A stretch of 64,000 nt of DNA from a virus, in IMG/VR virus record IMGVR_UViG_3300044695_003856, positions 7,352-71,351 of that record; one strand, given 5' to 3'. Position 1 is the stretch's first letter. Each line of letters begins with the position of its first letter. The translations under genes and the position numbers were made by a program. Under the pieces are notes generated by a model. The model saw nothing but the letters and a program-made list of their open reading frames with translations. It did not search any database and was not told the origin of the DNA. This document shows positions 1 through 9,649 of the stretch, one piece after another.

Positions 1-2
1 CC

Positions 3-179
3 TACAAGGAGGAATGGGATGGCGGCGTTGGAGGATTCCACGTGGAGAAGGGCCGTGGTCCAAAGCCATTGGGCGGTTACTGGCTGCAGCTTGAACTCGT
101 TCGTTTACGCGGGAGGAAGGACAGCCTGGACGAAATCAAAGTAGTTTCGGATTTCACAGCCTGCACACGGATGTACTGA
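3..179 (+). CDS. 3' end of a truncated gene, probable phage metallophosphoesterase
   Basis: Manual translation YKEEWDGGVGGFHVEKGRGPKPLGGYWLQL...MY*; resembles the C-terminus of phage calcineurin-like phosphoesterases. Confidence 0.5.
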   Translation, partial: YKEEWDGGVGGFHVEKGRGPKPLGGYWLQLELVRLRGRKDSLDEIKVVSDFTACTRMY

Positions 180-205
180 TTATCTTTGCATGAAACAACC
201 ACAAC

Positions 206-2071
206 ATGTACACAGAACTTATCGACGGCTCGATACAGAGCCGCAATCAAAACGCTCGGATTGTTCACCTCGAAGATATCGGTTACGAGTCTTGCGACCA
301 TGAACGCTATACCTCCCTGTTTCAGTATGGGGAGTCCATCCGGAATCACTTTGCCGTAAACGGATCCGTAAAGGGCTACAGAGGCGAGTTCTACATGAAC
401 ATCCTCTGGGTGGACATCGACAATGCCGATGTGTCTTTAGCGCTCCAATCGTCCAAGGACTTCGTAAAGAAACTCGTCTCCGAGTACTTAGTGGACCCAA
501 GCCAGGTTTACATCTGCTTCTCCGGGAAGAAAGGGCTCCACATCGGGATCCACTCGTCCTTGTTTGGTGGGTTTGCCCCATCTCCCGACTTGCCAGCTCG
601 AGTGAAGCGCCTTGTCGCTTCGCTAACCGAAGGCATACCCAGCGTGGACCATGGCATCTACAACAACAACAGGGCCTTTCGGGCCATCAACTCCCGTCAT
701 CCGGACAGCGGCTTGTACAAGAGCGGTCTGCGGTACGAAGATTTCATGGCCCAGGACATCGAGGAGATTTCCTTCTACGCTGAAGTTCCCAACCCGACCT
801 TCCGATTCAGTGCCGAGGTCAACCCGGCACGTCCCAACAAGCGCCTCATTGAAGCGTGGGAGTATGCGTGCTACACGGATGACTACAGCCATGAGGTCGG
901 ATCCGATCGGAAGAAGGAGGATGGAGGTCTCTTCTCGCCCCCTACGGAGGGCGATAGGAACAACAAGCTATTCAAGCAAGCTTGCGCTCTCTTTGACAAG
1001 AGCCAGTTCAAGTTCTACGACATCATGCAGATACTCTCTGGGCTCAACGATGCGGGTACCAACCCGCTAGACTACAAAGAGCTCTACAACATTACTCGGT
1101 CGGCCCAGCAGCGCACCCAAGTGAAAGCAGAGGCCGGTGATGGAGTGAAAACTTGGTTCGCCCTGCATGAGCAGATTCCAGACATCCTGAACGCCCTGGA
1201 CGAGAAGAGCGGTACGTATGACCTAGCATTTGATGAGTTTAACGACCTAATCAAGGGAGACCTCAAGGGCAAGCTCATCGTGCTTGCCGGGCAGGGTGGC
1301 ACCAAGAAGTCGCTCTACGCTCAAGAGATCATGTTCCGCAACGCAAGGAACGGCATGCGTGGTATCTACAACAACCAAGAGATGTCCCGGACGCAGTTCC
1401 TCAAGCGAAGCATCAACATGTATCGTGATGGCTATGCTCCTAAGAGGCTCTGGGACGAGTTTAAGGAGCTCTACTCCTCCGATCGGGAGGAAGCTACCAA
1501 GAAGGTCCAAGAGATGCTCAAGGACGACTTTAGCAAGCGGATCATCGTGGATTACAAGCTAGCGTCCAACGCGGCGCACTACCGGTCCATCGTCGAGCAG
1601 GTGGAGAACGCCTATGGCAAGATAGACATGTTCGTGGTGGATGGGTTGTCCATGATGGCAGACAGCGGTGGGGAGAAGGATTCAGCGGAGAAGCACACCC
1701 GGGAGCTGAAGTATCTCGCCAACGAGCTGAACATCCCGATCGTTGCTTTGGTCCACGTCACGAAGAACATCCCGAGGCACACTCGGGATCTGACTCCCTA
1801 CCTGCGTGGTAGCGGAAAGATTTACGACAATGCCGACATCTTCATCTCCTGCAGCCTTGTGGTGGACACGGAGAGGACCTCAAACGATGACGTCGTTTAC
1901 CGGACGGATGTTGGTTATCTTCGCCTCTTCGACAAGAGGGATTCTGGAGAGACCGTGAACGTGGTATACAACTTTGACCCGAACACGCTATCGATGTCTT
2001 CCTCGCATATCGACCCAGCATCTATTGAAATCAAACTTAAAAACCGCTACCTCAATGCAGACAAGTTTTAA
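206..2071 (+). CDS. Primase-helicase (AEP-type primase fused to a DnaB/SF4-like helicase)
   Basis: WVDID and FSGKKGLH AEP motifs; EGDRNNKLF primase C-terminal motif; Walker A-like GQGGTKKS; Walker B FVVDGL; LKYLANELNIPIVALVH and LRGSGKI DnaB-like motifs. Confidence 0.85.
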   Translation: MYTELIDGSIQSRNQNARIVHLEDIGYESCDHERYTSLFQYGESIRNHFAVNGSVKGYRGEFYMNILWVDIDNADVSLALQSSKDFVKKLVSEYLVDPSQVYICFSGKKGLHIGIHSSLFGGFAPSPDLPARVKRLVASLTEGIPSVDHGIYNNNRAFRAINSRHPDSGLYKSGLRYEDFMAQDIEEISFYAEVPNPTFRFSAEVNPARPNKRLIEAWEYACYTDDYSHEVGSDRKKEDGGLFSPPTEGDRNNKLFKQACALFDKSQFKFYDIMQILSGLNDAGTNPLDYKELYNITRSAQQRTQVKAEAGDGVKTWFALHEQIPDILNALDEKSGTYDLAFDEFNDLIKGDLKGKLIVLAGQGGTKKSLYAQEIMFRNARNGMRGIYNNQEMSRTQFLKRSINMYRDGYAPKRLWDEFKELYSSDREEATKKVQEMLKDDFSKRIIVDYKLASNAAHYRSIVEQVENAYGKIDMFVVDGLSMMADSGGEKDSAEKHTRELKYLANELNIPIVALVHVTKNIPRHTRDLTPYLRGSGKIYDNADIFISCSLVVDTERTSNDDVVYRTDVGYLRLFDKRDSGETVNVVYNFDPNTLSMSSSHIDPASIEIKLKNRYLNADKF

Positions 2072-2363
2072 CATCCTCCACAAGCGTCCCGAAGGGATGG
2101 AATATGAAGCCTACAAGGAAGAACGCAGAGCCGCGAATAAAGCCCTACGGGCTTATCTGAAGGGCCAGAAGGAAGAGAAGCAGGGGAAACACTCGACCCG
2201 CTACAACACAATTCGACAACTAGAGAAGTACATGCTGGAAGGTTGGTCCGAACTAGCTCCGAACGAAAAGAAGTTTAAGGAGTTATTGGTGGAGACTGAC
2301 GAGCATGAAAGACGGAAAGATACACCTGGGGACGATATTCCACCAGGAGGAGACGGGAGCTAG
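2055..2363 (+). CDS. Hypothetical protein
   Basis: ORF 1974..2363; likely ATG start at 2055, overlapping the neighbouring genes. Confidence 0.55.
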   Translation: MQTSFNILHKRPEGMEYEAYKEERRAANKALRAYLKGQKEEKQGKHSTRYNTIRQLEKYMLEGWSELAPNEKKFKELLVETDEHERRKDTPGDDIPPGGDGS

Positions 2364-3390
2364 CCTGTACCGGCTAGCGATGCCCAACCTGTGGCTGGAG
2401 AAGGAGAAAGCGGACCGGTTCCTGCTGACGAACTTCAAGCAGATCCCGGACATTGACCACGAAGACGTCAAGACTGTGGATGTGTTCCTCATCTCGAGGA
2501 ACCTGCACATTGACGAGGATGACAAAATCCGTGAGGTCTTTGACTACCTGCGTAAGCATGGCGCCAAGATCGTCCTGGACTACGATGACTACTGGGTGCT
2601 CCCATCGGACCACCACATGTACCAGCACTACAAGGACCAGAAGCTGCCCCACCGGCTGGCTTTGAACATCTCCCTGGCCGATCACGTGTTCTGTACGACA
2701 ACACACCTCCAGGAGCGCATAGAGCCTCTCAATAGCAATACAACCGTTGTGGCTAATACTCCATACCCCGAAGGGATGGAGTCGTTTGTAGCGCATCCTA
2801 CGCAGTCTGAGAAGGTCAGGTTCGGTTGGTTCGGTGGTGCGCAGCACATTCCGGACGTGAACTTGATGGCCGAGTCCATGAAGTCGCTCTACAAGGACAA
2901 GTCCTTGAACGGGAAGTACCTCTTGGTTTGTGCCGGATGGAACGACAACGAAGCCTACAAGGCTTACGAGAACGTCTTCACGGCCGGGTACCGGAATGCG
3001 AACTACGCCAGGATCAACGCTATGAGCGTTTATGAGTACGCCTTTGGGTACAACGAGGTGGATGTCTGTTACGCCCCCTTGAGGGCGGACAAGTTCAACC
3101 ATTACCGCTCTGAGCTTAAATGCGTTGAAGCAGGGATTATGGGTAAGCCGCTGATTTGCTCCAAGATACCGCAGTACGAAGACGTTATCAAGCACAATGT
3201 CAACGGGTTACTGGTTGGAGAGAAAGAGTCTGGGGCTTGGTACCGGTACACGAAGATGCTCATCAACGACAAGGACATGCGTGATGAGCTTGCCAAAAAC
3301 TTACAGGAAACGGTCTTGAGGGACTTTGACTACCGAAAAGTGTACGAAAAAAGAGTCAGTGTGTACGAAAAACTGGTCAATAAAAGGTAG
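2305..3390 (+). CDS. Glycosyltransferase, GT-B fold (GT4-like)
   Basis: YRLAMP, VLDYDDYW, GWFGGAQH and FNHYRSELKCVEAGIMGKPLICSKIPQYEDVIKHNVNGLLV motifs. Confidence 0.85.
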   Translation: MKDGKIHLGTIFHQEETGASLYRLAMPNLWLEKEKADRFLLTNFKQIPDIDHEDVKTVDVFLISRNLHIDEDDKIREVFDYLRKHGAKIVLDYDDYWVLPSDHHMYQHYKDQKLPHRLALNISLADHVFCTTTHLQERIEPLNSNTTVVANTPYPEGMESFVAHPTQSEKVRFGWFGGAQHIPDVNLMAESMKSLYKDKSLNGKYLLVCAGWNDNEAYKAYENVFTAGYRNANYARINAMSVYEYAFGYNEVDVCYAPLRADKFNHYRSELKCVEAGIMGKPLICSKIPQYEDVIKHNVNGLLVGEKESGAWYRYTKMLINDKDMRDELAKNLQETVLRDFDYRKVYEKRVSVYEKLVNKR

Positions 3391-3497
3391 TATTAGGGAA
3401 ACATCCATTATCTTTGGAGTACGATTTGAGTTTCTCACAGCCTAAGCTTTTGGTTCGTGGTTGTCCAAAGGAGGGTTAGGGGTTGTTGGGACATTAA

Positions 3498-3532
3498 GGG
3501 GGTAGGATGCGAACCGCATCCTCCCCTTTTTT
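3498..3532 (+). terminator. Rho-independent terminator
   Basis: GGGGGTAGGATGC-GAACC-GCATCCTCCCC followed by TTTTTT. Confidence 0.7.
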
Positions 3533-3537
3533 GTTGA
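3511..3537 (+). promoter_or_regulatory. Putative phage-sigma late promoter GAAC-N18-GTTGA
   Basis: Matches a motif found at six other unit starts; lies just upstream of 3560. Confidence 0.55.
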
Positions 3538-3559
3538 ATAACTGACTAAAACTACCGAA

Positions 3560-4081
3560 ATGATTAGATTGGCAACCATCAATATTACCAGGCCCGGCGA
3601 TACCACAGCTTACACCATTGGCGACCGGATCTTTACCGCTGCTACCGGCATTACAACCGCTGGGGCCGTGTTTGCCAACCTCGGTGAAACGATGTTCGGT
3701 AATGGCTATGTAACCAAGGCCAAAATCTTTGTTTCGGGTACCGCCTTTACGGCTAGTCTTCGTTTGCACTTGTACACCTTGGCATCCGGGGAGACTTTGG
3801 CTACTGGTACTACGGTGGCTGACAACGCCGCTATGGGTGTAGCCCTGGCCGATTTTGCTAAGTATGAAGGGTATATCGACTTTACGACCTGGGTGAACGG
3901 CACCAACTGCTCGTTCTCCATCGTTGACGACATCCGTCTTTGCTTCCAGAGGGGCACGCTTCGTGGCGAACTAGCGAATGCAGGGACCTTGGTGGGTATC
4001 CTTGAAGCCAGGACCGGCTTCACTCCTACATCTGGTCAGACGTTCCAGGTTGAGTTAATGTCTGACGCTTATGAGGGTTAA
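3560..4081 (+). CDS. Putative virion structural protein
   Basis: Thr/Gly/Ala-rich beta-type sequence at the head of the fibre operon. Confidence 0.5.
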   Translation: MIRLATINITRPGDTTAYTIGDRIFTAATGITTAGAVFANLGETMFGNGYVTKAKIFVSGTAFTASLRLHLYTLASGETLATGTTVADNAAMGVALADFAKYEGYIDFTTWVNGTNCSFSIVDDIRLCFQRGTLRGELANAGTLVGILEARTGFTPTSGQTFQVELMSDAYEG

Positions 4082-4280
4082 GGGTCAGCCCAATGGCAGA
4101 GCTTTAAGGGGTAGGAGGGGTTTTACGACCTTTTACCTATCGGTGTCCGATCAGTCGGCCGCTGCTTTGGCTTGGACTGCTTTTAACAACCGTGCTACGG
4201 GAGATGGCGCTGTTCCTGCTGAGCCGGCGGCTCAGGATGGAGCTTGTCTTTACACTAGATTCCTTTACCTATACAGCTGA
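4071..4280 (+). CDS. Small fibre-associated protein
   Basis: Coupled to the next gene by TGATG; shares W..x..R...E...CLYTR with the C-terminus of fibre 1. Confidence 0.55.
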   Translation: MRVKGQPNGRALRGRRGFTTFYLSVSDQSAAALAWTAFNNRATGDGAVPAEPAAQDGACLYTRFLYLYS

Positions 4281-5641
4281 TGCCTACGCCTTCATTGCTT
4301 ATTGTCCCTTCCAGGTGGAAGACCGGTAACCCCGGTAAGCTGTACTCACAGATACCCACGAATGGCAATGGCGACTTCAATGTTACGGGCGTTGTCACGG
4401 GTGGCACGAGTATCGGCACAAGGGTCAACAACTTGGGGTATATTGAGCCTATAACAACGAGTGGTACTCCGAGGTTGGACTACTACACCAGTAGTGGGGT
4501 CCCGGGGTGTCCTGCTTTATTGGTGGAGCCTTCGGGGACAAACTTGGCGTTTAATAGTGCACAATTTGACGATGCGTATTGGTCAAAATCAAGTCTAAAT
4601 ACAAGCGGGTCTTGGGTAAATGTAGCGACTGCGCCTGATGGAACGATGACGGCTGATAAAATGATTCCAAATTCGGTTAATACCGCACACTCAATTAACC
4701 GAACAGGATTTGCATCGGCGGCTTATACGTTTTCTGTTTTTGCAAAAGCAGATGGAGAATCCATTATTAGTTTATGGCTAAGAGGCAATACTGTTAGGGC
4801 TGAATTTAACTTAGTGAGCGGAACAGTATCCAACATAACTGTGACATCGGCAAGAATTGAAAATTACGGGAATGGATGGTATCGTTGTTCTGTTTACGAT
4901 TCAACCGCAGGAACAACTATCGGCATTTATGGCAGGGCTGGAGGTGGTTTTCAAGGGAATGACGTTGATGGCGTTTTACTTTGGGGCGCACAACTTGAAA
5001 CAGGCTCTGTCGCAACATCCTACATCCCCACCACCACAGGTTCGGTTACCCGTGCAGCAGATATCGTATCGGTATCGGGAGCGGTGAGTGGTAGTATCGG
5101 ACAGACCGAGGGTACGATTTATCTTGATTTTAGCACCATAGTTGGTACAAATTCAAACGTGATATTTGCTTTAGGCGATTCGGGCGCTGGTCAAAACCGC
5201 TTGAGAATACTTGGAAATGCTTCAAGAGAATTAAGGTTTATTTTTCAATTAAACGGAAACGTAACCCAATATGACTTTGTGAGAATAGGGGCAGTCACTT
5301 CTTTAACTGACTTTAAGATTGCGATAGCTTACAAAAGTGGCGATATAGCTATTGCCATAAACGGAGTATTGGCGAACACTGCTTCAAGTGGATTGACTTT
5401 TAACGGTCCACTTAACTCTGTTGAGTTATCAGCAGCTACGGTAGGGTTTTTGACTCAGAGGTATCGTGCTGTGGCTCTACACACCACCCGCCTAACGAAC
5501 GCTGACCTTGTGCTCCTAACGCTGCCTGGCAACAACACTTATCTACCACAGGCTATATGGGACAACTACTTGTCAAGGACTGGTAATTCAGAAGTACCCG
5601 ATTGTTTGTACACAAGACACGCTGACCTTTTAGACGTATGA
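4280..5641 (+). CDS. Head/tail fibre or spike protein, paralog 1 (carbohydrate-binding/LamG-like)
   Basis: PALLVEPSGTN, ENYGNGWYRC, WGAQLETGSVATSYIPT, TRAAD and IGQTEGTIY motifs shared by three tandem genes. Confidence 0.7.
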   Translation: MPTPSLLIVPSRWKTGNPGKLYSQIPTNGNGDFNVTGVVTGGTSIGTRVNNLGYIEPITTSGTPRLDYYTSSGVPGCPALLVEPSGTNLAFNSAQFDDAYWSKSSLNTSGSWVNVATAPDGTMTADKMIPNSVNTAHSINRTGFASAAYTFSVFAKADGESIISLWLRGNTVRAEFNLVSGTVSNITVTSARIENYGNGWYRCSVYDSTAGTTIGIYGRAGGGFQGNDVDGVLLWGAQLETGSVATSYIPTTTGSVTRAADIVSVSGAVSGSIGQTEGTIYLDFSTIVGTNSNVIFALGDSGAGQNRLRILGNASRELRFIFQLNGNVTQYDFVRIGAVTSLTDFKIAIAYKSGDIAIAINGVLANTASSGLTFNGPLNSVELSAATVGFLTQRYRAVALHTTRLTNADLVLLTLPGNNTYLPQAIWDNYLSRTGNSEVPDCLYTRHADLLDV

Positions 5642-6981
5642 TTATACTCCCAAGCTTAGAGATTGTCCCTGCGAAATACAACGTCAGTACGAATACACTG
5701 CTGTCTCAGATTCCTATTGATGGGACTGGGGACTTTACGGTTACACGCGCTACGTCACCAACTACAAATCAGTCCACAAGGGTCAACGCCTTGGGTCTTA
5801 TTGAGACCGTTGCTGACAATGTCCCTCGCTTGGACTATCCCATCGGGGGAGGCTGTCCTGCGTTGCTTGTAGAGCCGAGTGCGCAGAATCTTTGCTTGCA
5901 GAGCGAGGATTTAGATATATTTCCGTGGAATACCACCAACACCGCGGTTACAGTAAATGTGACTGGGACAACCGACCCAGCTGGAGGCAATAAGGCTGAC
6001 CAAATATTTGAAACTGCTGCAAGCGGTCTTCACTTTTTGGCGCAAACAATGACCATCGTTAACGGCACGACTTATGCTGGAAGCGTTTTTCTCAAGAAAG
6101 CCACAGGGTCGCCCGATTGGATGCAAGTGGCTTTTTCTACCACGGGTCTTGCTGGATTCGCAAACTTTAACCTTACAAGCGGCACGGTAGGCAATGCTTT
6201 GGCGGGTTGTACGGGTAGAATTGAGAACTACGGCAACGGTTGGTATCGTTGCACCTTAATTCAAACCGCAAATGCAAATGGAACAAGCGGAGGACCAATC
6301 ATTGTTTTTACCAACAACACAAATTCAATCACAAGGTTTGTAAGTTATACGGGCAACACGGCCACAAGTATTTACGCTTGGGGCGCACAACTTGAAACAG
6401 GCTCGGTTGCTACATCTTATATCCCAACGGTAGCCTCTGGTATCACCCGTGCTGCTGATGTTATCAGAAAAACGAACATCACATCCCTCATCGGTCAATC
6501 CGAGGGGACGGTCTATTTTGAGGTTGAGGTTACGGCAGAGGCGAGGGATAGATTGTTTTTTACGCTTGATAGCGCGTCTAATAGCTTGATTCAGGGATGG
6601 GTTGATTCATCACGGCAAGTAAAGATGTTCATACAGAATGCAGGGGCAACCGTAATGACAACTTTGTCATCTTCGGCTTTATCTATCGGCTATCACAAAG
6701 TCGCTTTTGCCTACAATGCGGCAACAAATGGCTGCGAGATGTTTATTGATGGAGTTCAGAATCCGGTTGCTTCAAGAACAGTTACGGGCGCAGGGCTACC
6801 CGCATTTAATAACTTCACCTTTGGAGGCTTCATAACATCAACAACGGATGTATTTAAAGCTCACATCCGAGCGGGGGAACTCCACCCCAACCGCCTAACG
6901 AACACACAGCTCGCTTTGCTCACATCACCTTACACTAGCTATTCAAGCATGGCTTCAGCATTATCATATACACTAGGATGA
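5638..6981 (+). CDS. Head/tail fibre or spike protein, paralog 2
   Basis: Same motif set as paralog 1. Confidence 0.7.
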   Translation: MIILPSLEIVPAKYNVSTNTLLSQIPIDGTGDFTVTRATSPTTNQSTRVNALGLIETVADNVPRLDYPIGGGCPALLVEPSAQNLCLQSEDLDIFPWNTTNTAVTVNVTGTTDPAGGNKADQIFETAASGLHFLAQTMTIVNGTTYAGSVFLKKATGSPDWMQVAFSTTGLAGFANFNLTSGTVGNALAGCTGRIENYGNGWYRCTLIQTANANGTSGGPIIVFTNNTNSITRFVSYTGNTATSIYAWGAQLETGSVATSYIPTVASGITRAADVIRKTNITSLIGQSEGTVYFEVEVTAEARDRLFFTLDSASNSLIQGWVDSSRQVKMFIQNAGATVMTTLSSSALSIGYHKVAFAYNAATNGCEMFIDGVQNPVASRTVTGAGLPAFNNFTFGGFITSTTDVFKAHIRAGELHPNRLTNTQLALLTSPYTSYSSMASALSYTLG

Positions 6982-8258
6982 GTACACCAAGCATAAAAGT
7001 AGGACAAGGGAACTGGGGTATCAAGGCGGGAAACCTCCTTGCTTACGCCAACACGGACAAGAAGTTCGTTGCAAGAGACTTCACGGTTGGAAGGCTTTTG
7101 GACACTGCTACACGGGTCAACGCAAGTGGGAATATTCAGATTGTAAATGCAAACGTCCCTCGTATTGACTACTTCGGAGGACAAGCCAGTTTGCTTGTGG
7201 AGCCGAGTGCTACAAACTCAATGTTTTACTCGCAATTTATAAATTCTTGGCCCACAAAAACAGGATTAACGATAACCGACAATAATGCAATTTCTCCCGA
7301 TGGAACTCAAAACGCAAGTTATATTCAACAAACAACCGGGGGGGCTATTGTAAGTTTAATATCTCCCGTGGTGACTGTGGCATCTGCGCAGCCGCAATCC
7401 GTTAGCTTTTATGCAAAGGCAGGGCAAGTAACAAGCGTGACGCTTCAATTTGGAACTCCGGCTTTATGGGTTGGCAGTACAAGGGTTCGTTTTACGATTG
7501 ACCTATTGACGGGTGGTATTTCAATAATTTCAGGCACGGGAACTGCGTCCTCTGTGGCCGTTGGAAATGGTTGGTATAAGTATTCTGTTGTAACTGCCGC
7601 AACCGTTGCGAGTGGTACAACGTCTATTCAAACAGTAACAAACACGGTTTTTTCTCCAAATAGCGGAGATGGATTTTATTTGTGGGGCGTTCAATGGGAA
7701 CAAAATACTTCAACTCCTACCTCCTACATCCCCACCACTACTGGCTCTGTCACCCGCAACGCAGATGTTATTTCTTTGACTGGTGTTGCTGGGTTGATTG
7801 GACAGACGGAGGGGACGCTTTATGCGGAGGTGGATGTGAGAAATACTATTTCAAGGGTTGCGTCCATCTTGCAATTAAGGCAGGATGGAAATAATCAAAT
7901 TACACTTGGTATTACAACTGCATTTGGTGGTACTAATACAATAGCGGCAAGAGCGCAACAGGCTGGCTCATTTGTTGTTGGATTCTTCCAACCAAACAAT
8001 GCAGCAGGCATCTATAAAATAGCGTTTGCGTATAAAAGCACGGATTGCAAGTTGTATATAAATGGAACTGATTCAGGCGTTACTATATCTCTAAACAATG
8101 CATTTACTGCGTTTAGTTTTAATGAAATTCAGTTAGGAATGAGCAATTCGGCAAATCAATTTAACGACCGCATCCGTGCAGTATCAATCTACCAAACTAG
8201 ACTCCCGAACACCACAACAGACGGCTCACCTTCACTTCAATCAATAACCACTTTGTAA
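6978..8258 (+). CDS. Head/tail fibre or spike protein, paralog 3
   Basis: LLVEPSATN, VGNGWYK, WGVQWEQ...TSYIPT, TRNAD, IGQTEGTLY. Confidence 0.7.
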   Translation: MSTPSIKVGQGNWGIKAGNLLAYANTDKKFVARDFTVGRLLDTATRVNASGNIQIVNANVPRIDYFGGQASLLVEPSATNSMFYSQFINSWPTKTGLTITDNNAISPDGTQNASYIQQTTGGAIVSLISPVVTVASAQPQSVSFYAKAGQVTSVTLQFGTPALWVGSTRVRFTIDLLTGGISIISGTGTASSVAVGNGWYKYSVVTAATVASGTTSIQTVTNTVFSPNSGDGFYLWGVQWEQNTSTPTSYIPTTTGSVTRNADVISLTGVAGLIGQTEGTLYAEVDVRNTISRVASILQLRQDGNNQITLGITTAFGGTNTIAARAQQAGSFVVGFFQPNNAAGIYKIAFAYKSTDCKLYINGTDSGVTISLNNAFTAFSFNEIQLGMSNSANQFNDRIRAVSIYQTRLPNTTTDGSPSLQSITTL

Positions 8259-8259
8259 G

Positions 8260-8538
8260 ATGGACTTCCCTATCTCCGAAACCATTACCGCAGTCGTAGC
8301 AGCCGTTGTAGGCTGGATCACCGGTGGTAAAGTACAGAAAGAATCCGCAGAGATTCAAAACGCCAAAGAAATTATGGCGATGTGGAAAGAAACCGCAGAA
8401 GCCCATAAAGAGGAGATAGAAGCCCTACGCAAGGAGATTACCTCCCTGCGAGAGAAACTCGACGAGATGGAGAACCACATCCGTAAGATCGAGGCAGAGA
8501 ACTTTGAGCTGAAAAAACAACTCGGCAAAGGACTATGA
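8260..8538 (+). CDS. Putative holin-like protein (N-terminal hydrophobic helix plus coiled coil)
   Basis: TITAVVAAVVGWITG followed by heptads; directly upstream of the endolysin. Confidence 0.55.
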   Translation: MDFPISETITAVVAAVVGWITGGKVQKESAEIQNAKEIMAMWKETAEAHKEEIEALRKEITSLREKLDEMENHIRKIEAENFELKKQLGKGL

Positions 8539-9137
8539 ACCTGGACAACCTGTCAATACCCGATAAGGTAAAGCAGGAGCTGTGGTCCGTGATGTCTAAG
8601 TTCGGGATAAGAACCGCCGAACGACTCGCTCACTTCCTAGGGCAATGCCACCACGAATCGGGTGGCTTTACCAAAGTCCGGGAGAACCTCAACTACTCCG
8701 AGAAAGCACTCCTCAAGACCTTCCCCAAGTACTTCAAAGGGAAGGACCCTAAGCCTTATGTCAAGAACCCCGAAGCGTTAGCCAACTATGTCTACGCCAA
8801 TAGGGGTGGGAATGGCTCAGAAGCCTCTGGAGACGGTTGGAGACACCGAGGTAGGGGTTACATCCAACTAACGCTCAAAAGTAATTACAAAGCCTTTGAT
8901 GCCTTCACAGACGAAGACATCTTAGCGAACCCCGACCTGGTAGCGACCAAGTACCCCCTGCTCTCAGCAGCTTGGTTCTGGGATGTGAACCGGATCAACA
9001 ACCTGGCAGATGCCGGCACGGACTTTGATGACATCGCTAGAGTCACCAAGAAGGTCAACGGAGGCCACCATGGCCTACACGAAAGGGTCATCCTAACACA
9101 TCGCTACCTTTCTGAACTCTCTTCTACGGGAACTTAA
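8535..9137 (+). CDS. Endolysin, glycoside hydrolase family 19
   Basis: AHFLGQCHHESGGF, ENLNYS, DGWRHRGRGYIQLT, SAAWFW, VTKKVNGG. Confidence 0.92.
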   Translation: MNLDNLSIPDKVKQELWSVMSKFGIRTAERLAHFLGQCHHESGGFTKVRENLNYSEKALLKTFPKYFKGKDPKPYVKNPEALANYVYANRGGNGSEASGDGWRHRGRGYIQLTLKSNYKAFDAFTDEDILANPDLVATKYPLLSAAWFWDVNRINNLADAGTDFDDIARVTKKVNGGHHGLHERVILTHRYLSELSSTGT

Positions 9138-9156
9138 CCAACCATTGGTTGGTTAT
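9129..9156 (+). promoter_or_regulatory. Putative phage-sigma late promoter GGAAC-N18-GTTAT
   Basis: Motif match just upstream of the 9180 micro-ORF. Confidence 0.6.
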
Positions 9157-9179
9157 TGTATTGACTAAACGACAATACA

Positions 9180-9356
9180 ATGTTTAACGAAGAAGACGAC
9201 TTGTTGCCCGAAGAGATGGATCTCATTGAGCAGGAGGAGGACGATGATGACGATTTTGACGCCATTGACGAAGAATGGTTCAAGAAGCTCGAAAACATGG
9301 AAGTCCCTGCCTGTAACATGGATAATCCCGATGAGTGCCTAAACTGCGGATCATGA
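9180..9356 (+). CDS. 58-aa acidic micro-protein ending ACNMDNPDECLNCGS (absent from ORF track)
   Basis: Manual translation; ATGA overlap with the next gene. Confidence 0.75.
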   Translation: MFNEEDDLLPEEMDLIEQEEDDDDDFDAIDEEWFKKLENMEVPACNMDNPDECLNCGS

Positions 9357-9649
9357 ATCGCGTAGACAAAGCCAAGATGCCCTGCAACAGCCCTCGTCCT
9401 TCTACCAAGACTGGGAAGAAGAAGATGGTGAAAGCCTGTTCTGGTGGCAAGGAGAAACTTATCCATTATGGCGCCGAAGGATACGGCCATAATTATAGCC
9501 CTGCAGCTCGTAAGTCATTCCGGGCAAGACATAGTTGCGATACAGCCACTGACAAGCTAAGCGCTCGTCATTGGGCCTGTAAAGACCTCTGGGCTGGACC
9601 CGGGGGCAGTAAGAAAGCATCACCAAGCAACAGAAAAGGCAAGTACTAA
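9353..9649 (+). CDS. Small basic phage protein
   Basis: RKSFRARHSCD...SARHWACKDLW motif; start moved to the ATGA overlap at 9353. Confidence 0.7.
   Translation: MNRVDKAKMPCNSPRPSTKTGKKKMVKACSGGKEKLIHYGAEGYGHNYSPAARKSFRARHSCDTATDKLSARHWACKDLWAGPGGSKKASPSNRKGKY

Noticed and set aside
4280-8258. Diversity-generating retroelement or invertible shufflon acting on the fibres
   Set aside because: No reverse transcriptase or invertase, no adenine-specific repeat pair, and all copies are in direct orientation.
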